A stretch of DNA of 32,000 nt from Cuniculiplasma divulgatum (GTDB taxonomy: Archaea; Thermoplasmatota; Thermoplasmata; Thermoplasmatales; Thermoplasmataceae): positions 360,001 through 392,000 of the forward strand of contig NZ_LT671858.1 in NCBI RefSeq assembly GCF_900083515.1, given 5' to 3'. Below are positions 16,623 through 24,772 of this stretch, in pieces; position 1 is the first letter of the stretch; every line of letters starts with the position of its first letter. Below the pieces are notes generated by a model. It saw only the letters and a list, made by a program, of their open reading frames with translations, searched no databases and was not told the DNA's origin. The position numbers and the translations under genes are program-made.

Positions 16623-17839
16623 GTAAAAGGAAGTCTGTTGTTCTCATAATAATGGATGGTCTCGGAGATAGGCCATCTGCAAAACTTCACAATAAGACCC
16701 CAATGGAATCAGCCTATATGCCAAATTTGAACAGGATGGCCCGTAATTCCATATGTGGTCTTATGCATCCTTTCAGGGAAGGAGTTGTATGCGGGTCTGA
16801 TACATCTCATTTATCCATACTGGGATATGATCCAGAGAAATATTACACTGGAAGAGGTCCCTTTGAAGCACTGGGGCTTGGGATGAAAGTGGAACCGGGA
16901 GATATTGCATTCAGGGCAAACTATGCCACAAGAGATGGAAAAATTATAACCGATAGAAGAGCAGGGCGTATAGATAAGAGTACTGAGCAATTGAGTAAGG
17001 ATATATCATTCAAGATTGATGATGTTACCATACAGGTTGCTTCAGGTGTTGAGCACAGGGCAGCCCTACTCATGAAGGGTCAGGGTCTCTCTGATAAGGT
17101 CAGGGATACGGATCCACATGAAGTAGGTAGGGAATATAACGAACCTGAATTCATCGAAGAAGAGGGAAGAAAGACATCCTACATATTGAAAAATTATATG
17201 AAAAGAATGCGGTCAATACTTGACTCTCACCCATTTAACCTGGATCTGATCAGCAAGGGAAAGCTACCAGCAAACGAATTACTCATTCGTGGAGCTGGAA
17301 GTGCGCCAAAACTCGAACCGTTCGAGAAAAAGTATGGAATGAAGGCAGGATATGTTATCGGAATTCCAATGATTAAGGGACTTGCTGAGATGATAGGGAT
17401 GGAGAAGATCGCCGTTGATGGGATCACTGGTAGCACAAATACAAACTATATGGGAAAAATTAAAGCTGTGGCAGAGGGAGTGGATAATTACGAATTCATT
17501 CTGGTAAATATAAAAGCTACTGATGTTGCTGCACATGATAAGAATCCGCTACTAAAGAAAGAGGTAATGGAGAGAATCGATGAGGCAATGGAACCCCTGC
17601 TGGGTCTTAGGGACAGGGCGCTGTTCATCCTTACCGGAGATCATTCTACATCATCCGTAAATGGCGAACATACTGGGGATCCAGTTCCCATTATGTTTTA
17701 TGGAGATGGATTAAACAAGAGGGAAAGTGAAGCATTCAATGAAAAGTCATGTTCAAAAACAGGTTTTTCCCTTAGAGGATTAAACGTAATGGATTATGCT
17801 CTACAGCTTACTGACAGACTTGAAAAATATGGGGCATAG
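16604..17839 (+). CDS. apgM: 2,3-bisphosphoglycerate-independent phosphoglycerate mutase, archaeal type
   Basis: Motifs IIMDGLGDRP, GSDTSHLSILGYDP, TDVAAHD and LTGDHSTS, at about 410 aa. The start is either the ATG at 16604 or the GTG at 16619 (a GTGA overlap with the ahcY stop). Confidence 0.9.
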   Translation: MGGRHVSKRKSVVLIIMDGLGDRPSAKLHNKTPMESAYMPNLNRMARNSICGLMHPFREGVVCGSDTSHLSILGYDPEKYYTGRGPFEALGLGMKVEPGDIAFRANYATRDGKIITDRRAGRIDKSTEQLSKDISFKIDDVTIQVASGVEHRAALLMKGQGLSDKVRDTDPHEVGREYNEPEFIEEEGRKTSYILKNYMKRMRSILDSHPFNLDLISKGKLPANELLIRGAGSAPKLEPFEKKYGMKAGYVIGIPMIKGLAEMIGMEKIAVDGITGSTNTNYMGKIKAVAEGVDNYEFILVNIKATDVAAHDKNPLLKKEVMERIDEAMEPLLGLRDRALFILTGDHSTSSVNGEHTGDPVPIMFYGDGLNKRESEAFNEKSCSKTGFSLRGLNVMDYALQLTDRLEKYGA

Positions 17840-17931
17840 GGTCCAGGCAAAGTGACAGCTTAATCCTGAACTTAATTTAAAATAAGATGTCTTCATTATA
17901 TTTCTATAATTGAGGCAGAACAAAGTAATTA

Positions 17932-19278
17932 TCAAGATTTTGCAAGATTTTCCACATCATGAGATAGTTTCTCTGATCTTTTCAAATCTGAAGAATGGGT
18001 GAACAATCTTATAATAGGCTCTGTACCAGATGGTCTGGCAAGTATCCAATCATGGCCATTTCTTAACTTGATGCCATCCATTAAGGATATTTCCCACTCA
18101 GCATATTCATTCTTGAGTCTTTCCACCAGCGAGCTAAAATCAGATTTTGCGGGAATTGTCTTTCTTGTAATGTAAAATTGTGGAAGTGTGTCGATTAAGG
18201 TTTTTAGATCCTTATGTTCCTTGGCCATTATGTCCATAATTATTCCAAGGGACATGGCCCCATCCCTGCAGTACTGATGATCTCCATAAATTATGCCTCC
18301 ATTCTCTTCCCCACCCAGTCTTGCTTTTTCCTGAATCATTGTCCTGGAAACTATAGGTGCTCCAACCTTTGTTCTTATAACCGTTGCCCCTTCTTTCTTG
18401 CAAACTTCCTCCAGTGCATCTGAGGAACTGACAGGTGTTACAACCTTCTCTCCTTTTTTAATATAATATTTCACGAAAAGCGTTAATGTTTTATCGCCAT
18501 CGATAAAGTTTCCTTCCGAGTCTATGAAAACAGCCCTATCCGCATCTCCATCATGGGCAATCCCAAAATCAAAGCCTCCTGATCTTACGAGATCTATCAA
18601 ATACTTCAGATTAGCAGGTTTCGGTTCTGACTCTCTTGACGTGAAGAGACCATCTGGATTTGCATTAAGCGTAACCACAGTTGCTCCAAGTCTTGAAAGC
18701 AGTTCAGGAGTGGTAAGGTATGCGGCTCCATTTCCAGTATCCACTGCAACTCTGAACCTTCTTTCCCTTATTTTGGTAACATTTATCATGTTCATAACTC
18801 CATTAACGTACAGATCGAATCCTGAGTTATCATGAAAACTTCTTGCAATGTTGTTCCAGGTTGATACATTGAACGTTTTTGAATAATATATCTCTTCAAT
18901 TTTCTCTTCTTTTGTCCTCTCAAGTTCAGTCCCATCACTGTCAATGCACTTAATCCCATTGAACTGAGGGGGATTGTGAGAGGCAGTTATCATCACTCCT
19001 GGTAATGCATGTTTCTTGCAGTAATACTGAATAGCTGGGGTTGGCAAGACACCAATCATAACTGTTTCTGAACCTGTAGATAAGATTCCAGAATTTACTG
19101 CATTTATTATCATATCTCCAGAGAGTCTGTTATCTGAACCAATTACTATCTTTCCATTAAAAAATGTTCCTATGGCCTTACCTATCATCATGCAGAATTC
19201 TGGGGTAAGATCTTCGTTGGGAATCCCCCTTATACCATTAGTGCCGAACAATCTTTTATTTTTAGGATCTTCACTCAT
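17932..19278 (-). CDS. Phosphohexomutase (phosphoglucosamine mutase / phosphomannomutase family)
   Basis: Active-site loop TASHNPPQFNGIK, metal-binding loop GIAHDGDADR, sugar loop GGEENGG and phosphate loop ARPSGTEP, in 448 aa. Confidence 0.9.
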   Translation of the reverse strand: MSEDPKNKRLFGTNGIRGIPNEDLTPEFCMMIGKAIGTFFNGKIVIGSDNRLSGDMIINAVNSGILSTGSETVMIGVLPTPAIQYYCKKHALPGVMITASHNPPQFNGIKCIDSDGTELERTKEEKIEEIYYSKTFNVSTWNNIARSFHDNSGFDLYVNGVMNMINVTKIRERRFRVAVDTGNGAAYLTTPELLSRLGATVVTLNANPDGLFTSRESEPKPANLKYLIDLVRSGGFDFGIAHDGDADRAVFIDSEGNFIDGDKTLTLFVKYYIKKGEKVVTPVSSSDALEEVCKKEGATVIRTKVGAPIVSRTMIQEKARLGGEENGGIIYGDHQYCRDGAMSLGIIMDIMAKEHKDLKTLIDTLPQFYITRKTIPAKSDFSSLVERLKNEYAEWEISLMDGIKLRNGHDWILARPSGTEPIIRLFTHSSDLKRSEKLSHDVENLAKS

Positions 19279-19313
19279 AATACCCTATGGGCTGGTTCTA
19301 TTTTAAAATTATA

Positions 19314-20402
19314 TCATTTGTATAGGCTATATCTGTTTCCTCTCCAGGCAATCTCTTTGGTTTTGGATCCAACCACAAGATTCCAAACATAAAAGAATGG
19401 AAGGAGAATCTGTACCAGTATGTATATAGCCTGTTTGCTTCGCAATCTTTTGAACATCTTGATCTCGTTCATTATAAGAGGAATGAAAAGCACAAGGAAG
19501 TAAGCAGAAACAAACACCGATAGTAATATGGCTCCTATAAATAGTAGGGCTGAGGAACCGTAGAGCAGGATTCCTATATAATATGCATTTCTGCTTTTAC
19601 TCAGAAGGAGTGAAGTCTGTCTTATGGACCATTCCCTGAATACATGCCAATCGTCTGGAGAGTTTATGGTAACCACGCTTTCGGGAACATATGCTACTTT
19701 CTTTTCCCTCGCCCTGCAAAGATCTGTTATAGCCATGTCGTCAGAAACAGCTTCGGCGAAATCATTTAGACTCTTCTCATCAAACAGTCCTTTTCTGAAT
19801 GCAAGAGAGCCTCCCCAGCCGAATACTGTAATATCTGACTGCATCATACCAACTCCAACAAACCCCCAAGCGGTTTTAAATTTAGACCAGAAACCATTTT
19901 TTGGCTCAAAGTATGGGAATGTTGTTGATATACCGTTAGATTCATCTATTAGTGGACGAAGTAAATTTAAAAGCCAGTTTCTGTCTGCAAGCACATCAGA
20001 ATCAACAATTACATATGCATCATAATCGTCAAACTTTCTTAGGGCTGTTGCTATTGCCCTTACTTTTCCACTCCCACCTGATTGGCACTCGTTAATAACA
20101 TATTCAATTCCATTACTCCTGATATGATCAGTTGCCGGATCATCTTCTGAGTCTATAACCGCCATGATTTTGTAGTTTCCATAACTTTGATCCTTTAGGG
20201 ATTTCAGATTTTCATCTAATGTGTAGTCAACTCCCTTGCATGGGAGTATCACGAGAGTTTTAAAATCCGGTGTACCAATGTATTTTTTCCTAAACTTTCT
20301 AGGAAGTGAAAGATAGAGTTGAGACAAAAAAATTAAAACAATAAGGGCAAGGATAAAATAATATATACCTTCGATTAAATAATCTAGTATTAGCTGGGTC
20401 AT
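19314..20402 (-). CDS. Membrane-bound family-2 glycosyltransferase (GT2/GT21-like)
   Basis: It has an N-terminal TM helix, then ILPCKG...LKDQSY...AVIDSEDD and VIVDSD (DxD) motifs, and C-terminal TM helices. It lies 8 nt downstream of the EF-1beta stop. Confidence 0.8.
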   Translation of the reverse strand: MTQLILDYLIEGIYYFILALIVLIFLSQLYLSLPRKFRKKYIGTPDFKTLVILPCKGVDYTLDENLKSLKDQSYGNYKIMAVIDSEDDPATDHIRSNGIEYVINECQSGGSGKVRAIATALRKFDDYDAYVIVDSDVLADRNWLLNLLRPLIDESNGISTTFPYFEPKNGFWSKFKTAWGFVGVGMMQSDITVFGWGGSLAFRKGLFDEKSLNDFAEAVSDDMAITDLCRAREKKVAYVPESVVTINSPDDWHVFREWSIRQTSLLLSKSRNAYYIGILLYGSSALLFIGAILLSVFVSAYFLVLFIPLIMNEIKMFKRLRSKQAIYILVQILLPFFYVWNLVVGSKTKEIAWRGNRYSLYK

Positions 20403-20410
20403 TTCCTGGT

Positions 20411-20677
20411 TTAAACTAGACTCATGTCTTCTGCGTCTACCTGACCAACTCCACTTATGCCTCTTAGAATCTCCTCGATTTTATCCTGCTGTCCTTCATC
20501 ATCTCTCACGACAACTTCAAGGCTTATTTTTTTCAATCCAAAGGCAATTTCCTTGATCTCAAGGTTAGATATTCTGCACTGATCTTTCAGGGAACCTTTA
20601 ATTTTTTCAGACATCTGGTTTAAATCAGAGTCAGACTCTTCGGGCAAAACTGAAAATGTAATTGCAACATCCGCCAT
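20411..20677 (-). CDS. ef1b: Translation elongation factor aEF-1 beta
   Basis: 88 aa, with MADVAITFSVLPEE...ISNLEIKEIAFGLKKISLEVVV typical of archaeal EF-1beta. A GAGGT Shine-Dalgarno-like element lies in the 10-nt spacer after the upstream Zn-ribbon gene. Confidence 0.88.
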   Translation of the reverse strand: MADVAITFSVLPEESDSDLNQMSEKIKGSLKDQCRISNLEIKEIAFGLKKISLEVVVRDDEGQQDKIEEILRGISGVGQVDAEDMSLV

Positions 20678-20687
20678 ATTAACTACC

Positions 20688-20855
20688 TCACGGTCCCGTA
20701 AAGTTACATTTCTCGCATGTATAAGGTGTATTGTGCTCTCTGCAATTTCTGCATCTTCCTATAATGTTTTCCCCACAGTTAGGGCAGTCGAATATGGAAT
20801 AGCCCTCACCAATCAGACCTTTACCGCATGAACTGCAATCTTCTTTGTTTCCCAT
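20688..20855 (-). CDS. Small zinc-ribbon protein (four CxxC pairs), the conserved archaeal partner gene upstream of EF-1beta
   Basis: It is not in the supplied ORF track because it is under 60 aa. My hand translation gives MGNKEDCSSCGKGLIGEGYSIFDCPNCGENIIGRCRNCREHNTPYTCEKCNFTGP*. An AGAGGA motif lies about 8-13 nt upstream of the ATG, with atgtatataag further upstream. Confidence 0.8.
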   Translation of the reverse strand: MGNKEDCSSCGKGLIGEGYSIFDCPNCGENIIGRCRNCREHNTPYTCEKCNFTGP

Positions 20856-20985
20856 TGAACATCCTCTTAATCGGTCATAATTTCAATTTCTTATATACAT
20901 TTATTGTTTAAATCCAGTTTCATTCCATTGGATATCAACTTATACACAGTGAGAGAATTTTTAATCGACTAATACATGTACCTCT

Positions 20986-21264
20986 ATGTTCTTACAGGTA
21001 TCTAGCTCAAAGAAGTCAGATAGTTCAATCGAGGCAAAGGCATATACTGTTAGCGAAGTGCCACCTTACCTTGCTGTTCTAATAAAGCCACAACCTGGTA
21101 TATGGGATGAACTTATGGATATGGATATCATGTTTATCAAATTGAGAGAAAAGAAACTGATTGAGGTCAAAATAAAGCAACGTATAGAAGTTGGAGAAAA
21201 CTCAATATTTTTTGTCACATCTGACGATGAAGATTTTAAGGAAATATGTGGTGAACTTTCATAA
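20986..21264 (+). CDS. Hypothetical 92-aa protein, translationally coupled to fibrillarin (TAATG overlap)
   Basis: An ORF with tttttaat about 20-28 nt upstream of its ATG. Its stop TAA (21262-21264) shares one nt with the flpA ATG (21264). I recognise no family. Confidence 0.5.
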   Translation: MFLQVSSSKKSDSSIEAKAYTVSEVPPYLAVLIKPQPGIWDELMDMDIMFIKLREKKLIEVKIKQRIEVGENSIFFVTSDDEDFKEICGELS

Positions 21265-21932
21265 TGTTTCCAAAAAAGTTCCTGAATCAGAACATAAGGA
21301 TAATAAAAGGAAAGATTTACACAGCTTCTAATTACAGGGACAGTGTATATGGAGAAAGACAATTGAAGATGAATGGGGAAAACTACAGACTCTGGGACCC
21401 AAAAAGAAGCAAGCTTTCCGCTGCAATATACAATGGGTTCTCAGGCATGCCAATACTGGAAGATTCTGAAATTCTCTATCTGGGTGCCTCTTTCGGAACT
21501 ACAGTTAGTCATATATCAGATCTTTCACCAGATGGACACATATTCGCAGTAGAATTTTCTCCTGAGCCATTTTCTGGACTTTTAAGACTTGCAGAGAAAA
21601 GAAATAATATTTATCCTGTACTTTCAAATGCCAGGAATCCTGATAGATATTCTTTCTTTATGGAACGGGATCCGGAGATAATATACCAGGACATATCTCA
21701 GCGTGATCAGATCTCAATTCTCTTCAATAATCTTGATTGCTTTAACCACTGGCAGCACGCAATTTTTATTTTAAAGGCAACATCTATAGATTCCTCAATG
21801 AAGCCTTCAGAGATTCTTAATGAGGTTACAGGGCTTTTGAAAAAAAGAGCAGGAATTCATATAATCTCCATAACAGATATTTCTAATTACCATAAAGGTC
21901 ACTTTCTTTTGTTTCTGGAAAATACCAATTAA
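21264..21932 (+). CDS. flpA: Fibrillarin-like rRNA/tRNA 2'-O-methyltransferase
   Basis: Motifs YRLWDPKRSKLSAAI, ILYLGASFGTTVSHISD, FAVEFSP and IIYQDISQRDQ, in 222 aa. Confidence 0.9.
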   Translation: MFPKKFLNQNIRIIKGKIYTASNYRDSVYGERQLKMNGENYRLWDPKRSKLSAAIYNGFSGMPILEDSEILYLGASFGTTVSHISDLSPDGHIFAVEFSPEPFSGLLRLAEKRNNIYPVLSNARNPDRYSFFMERDPEIIYQDISQRDQISILFNNLDCFNHWQHAIFILKATSIDSSMKPSEILNEVTGLLKKRAGIHIISITDISNYHKGHFLLFLENTN

Positions 21933-22107
21933 ATTGAAAAGTAGTTATTTTCACCAATATTAGGTTTTAAAAATTTTTTAACATATTATTGTGAAGTTAA
22001 AAAATGCATATTGCCAAATAGTCTGAGATACCTAAATATGTAAAATTCTTTAAAAGCCTGATAAAAAAGATGAGAATAATTTAAGATAAGGATAGAATAG
22101 GGGGAAT

Positions 22108-24750
22108 ATGGATAATGAAATAGAAAGCGAAGGTCCATTTCAACTGGCATTTTTTAAGGAAAATGATTTTCACAGAAAACAATGCATATCATGTAAAAAC
22201 TTTTTCTGGACTCAGAGTTCTGACAGGGTGACATGCGGCGATCCTCCATGCGACTCCTATGGTTTCATTGGAAATCCTGCTGGTAAAGGGCCTCTATCAC
22301 CTGATCAGGTAAGGACAGAATTCATAAATTATTTCTCAAAGGATCATAGATACATAAAGCCGTACCCGGTGGTTCCAAGATGGAGAGATGATGTTCTACT
22401 GGTTAATGCCTCAATCTATGACTTTCAGCCTCATGTAACTTCTGGATTAGTCCCGCCACCAGGAAATCCGCTGGTCATGTCACAGCCATCTATCAGAATG
22501 AATGATCTGGACCTGGTAGGAGTTTCCGGTAGGCACTTAACATGTTTTGAGATGCTATGTCATGATAGTTTCAATAACAGCAGGGAAAGCCATTACTGGA
22601 AGGAGGGAACCGTTTCCAGATGTGATGGTTTTCTCTCTGAGGTAGTTGGAATAAAACGGGGAGAAATATCATACAAGGAGAAGCCATGGTCAGGTGGTGG
22701 AAATGCAGGGGATGCCCTGGAAGTTTTCGTTAGGGGTCTAGAGGTTGGAACTCTGGTTTTCATGGATTTAAGAGAAGATCCAGAAGGTCCCATAGAAATA
22801 GAAGGTTCAACCTATTCAAAGATGGAAATGAATATAGTTGATACTGGGTACGGGCTGGAAAGGATAAGCTGGGTTACTCAGGGTTCACCAACAGTATACG
22901 ACTCAACATATGGAAGCGTTATCTCTCATATACTCACCAGGTCAGGGGTTGAGATGGAAAACATCTCAGAAATGGGAGCAATAACTCAGATCTATTCCTC
23001 TGATCCAGACAGATTGCCCTCTGAGATAGAGAAAGAAGTTAGGAAGGTAGTAAGAGACGATCTGTCGTTCAGCTGGGATCATGTAGAGAAAATAAGACAG
23101 GCATATGTACTTGGAGACCACGCACGGTCTATATTACTTCTTTCAAGGGACTACGTTATTCCAAGTAATGTAAAGGTTGGTTATCTTTTCAGATTACTTC
23201 TCAGAAGATCTTTCAGGGCAATAGATCATCTTCATTTCAAAGGCTCACTGATGGAAATAATAAAACTTCAGGCATCAAACATGAAAGGTATAGTAGATGA
23301 TTTTCCGGAACAATTCCTTCAGGAAATAATTGATGAAGAAAGAGATAAATATGAAAAATCTCTTGAAAAGGGTATTGAGATCGTTAAGAGGATTCTTAAG
23401 AAAAAGGGGGCAATGGACTTCAGTGATCTGGAAATGCTCTATGATTCCCACGGGCTGGTTCCTGATTTTGTATCACAGATTATGAAGGAACAGGGAAAGG
23501 AATTAATAATTCCGCCTGATTTCCACGCAAGGATAGTTGAAAGGCACACAGGAAAGGAAAAAATAATCAAGGCTAAGGAAGAAGTTTCCATATTCAGAGG
23601 CCTCGAAACAAGGCCACTTTATTATGACGACCCAAACATGCTTGAATTCACCTGTATTATACTTGATTCTTCAGATGATTTAATAGTAACCAACCAAACC
23701 GCTTTCTATCCAACAGGAGGTGGCCAGCCATTTGACACAGGATATTTCCAGGTTGGTTCAAAGAAATACAGTGTAATAGATGTTTATAAGGATGGGAATG
23801 CAGTTGTTCACAAAATAGTTGGTCATATAGAAAAGGGCACAAGAGTAAAAGGATATGTTGATGGAACACGACGAAAACAGCTAATGGTTCATCACACATC
23901 AACTCATCTACTGCTTGGAACACTGAGAAAGCTACTGGGAGAACAGGTCTGGCAGGCAGGGGCCCAGAAGGGTGTGGAATCCTCAAGGATTGACATTACA
24001 TATAACGGAAAGATCACAGACGAAACCATCAGGCTCATAGAACATGAATGTCTTGCAAGAATTACCGAGAACAGGAAGGTAACTTCAAGATTCATGGACT
24101 GGAACAAAGCAATAGAAACTTATGGGTTCAGACTTTTTGAAGGTGGCGTTCCACTATCCGGGAAGCTTAGAGTCGTGGAGATCGAGGGTGTTGATGTTGA
24201 GGGGTGTGGAGGAACTCATCTATCTGGCACGGGAGAAATTGGATTTTTAAAGATTCTAAAGGTCGAAAGCATTCAGGAGGGCATATTTAGATTCACATTT
24301 GCCGCAGGAAATGCAGCACTAAACTATGTTGAAAGTATAGAATCGGATCTGACCAGGATAAAAAATATAGTAAGATCAACGGAGGACACTGTTCAAAAAG
24401 TGGAAAAGAGTATAGAAGAACTTATTCGCTTAAGAGAAGAAATTACAGTGGCAAACAAAGAAATACTAACACATCTCTTTGATTCTGCAAGAAAGTTGGT
24501 CTTATGTGGAACTAATGCATGGATAGTAGATTTGGAAAAAGATGAATTGTTAAAACTTGCAGTGCCCATTGCCCTGAGCAAACCAGATTCTTTTATTCTC
24601 TCCACAAAAGAAAAAAAGACTGTTGTTGGAAGGAATAAAGACGAACTTCAAAAGATAGTAAAATGTATATCAAAAATTGAGTGGGACGGTAAGGGTCAGG
24701 TTATCCCTATTGGTTTAAATCAGTTGAAAAGTGAAAATTTAATAAACTAA
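22108..24750 (+). CDS. alaS: Alanyl-tRNA synthetase (archaeal type)
   Basis: 880 aa. It has an archaeal N-terminal Cys cluster (CISCKNFFW...CGDPPC), the editing-domain HxxxH (HHTSTHLL) and CGGTH (VEGCGGTHLSGTGEIG). Confidence 0.93.
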   Translation: MDNEIESEGPFQLAFFKENDFHRKQCISCKNFFWTQSSDRVTCGDPPCDSYGFIGNPAGKGPLSPDQVRTEFINYFSKDHRYIKPYPVVPRWRDDVLLVNASIYDFQPHVTSGLVPPPGNPLVMSQPSIRMNDLDLVGVSGRHLTCFEMLCHDSFNNSRESHYWKEGTVSRCDGFLSEVVGIKRGEISYKEKPWSGGGNAGDALEVFVRGLEVGTLVFMDLREDPEGPIEIEGSTYSKMEMNIVDTGYGLERISWVTQGSPTVYDSTYGSVISHILTRSGVEMENISEMGAITQIYSSDPDRLPSEIEKEVRKVVRDDLSFSWDHVEKIRQAYVLGDHARSILLLSRDYVIPSNVKVGYLFRLLLRRSFRAIDHLHFKGSLMEIIKLQASNMKGIVDDFPEQFLQEIIDEERDKYEKSLEKGIEIVKRILKKKGAMDFSDLEMLYDSHGLVPDFVSQIMKEQGKELIIPPDFHARIVERHTGKEKIIKAKEEVSIFRGLETRPLYYDDPNMLEFTCIILDSSDDLIVTNQTAFYPTGGGQPFDTGYFQVGSKKYSVIDVYKDGNAVVHKIVGHIEKGTRVKGYVDGTRRKQLMVHHTSTHLLLGTLRKLLGEQVWQAGAQKGVESSRIDITYNGKITDETIRLIEHECLARITENRKVTSRFMDWNKAIETYGFRLFEGGVPLSGKLRVVEIEGVDVEGCGGTHLSGTGEIGFLKILKVESIQEGIFRFTFAAGNAALNYVESIESDLTRIKNIVRSTEDTVQKVEKSIEELIRLREEITVANKEILTHLFDSARKLVLCGTNAWIVDLEKDELLKLAVPIALSKPDSFILSTKEKKTVVGRNKDELQKIVKCISKIEWDGKGQVIPIGLNQLKSENLIN

Positions 24751-24772
24751 ATTTAGCATAACGAGTATATAT

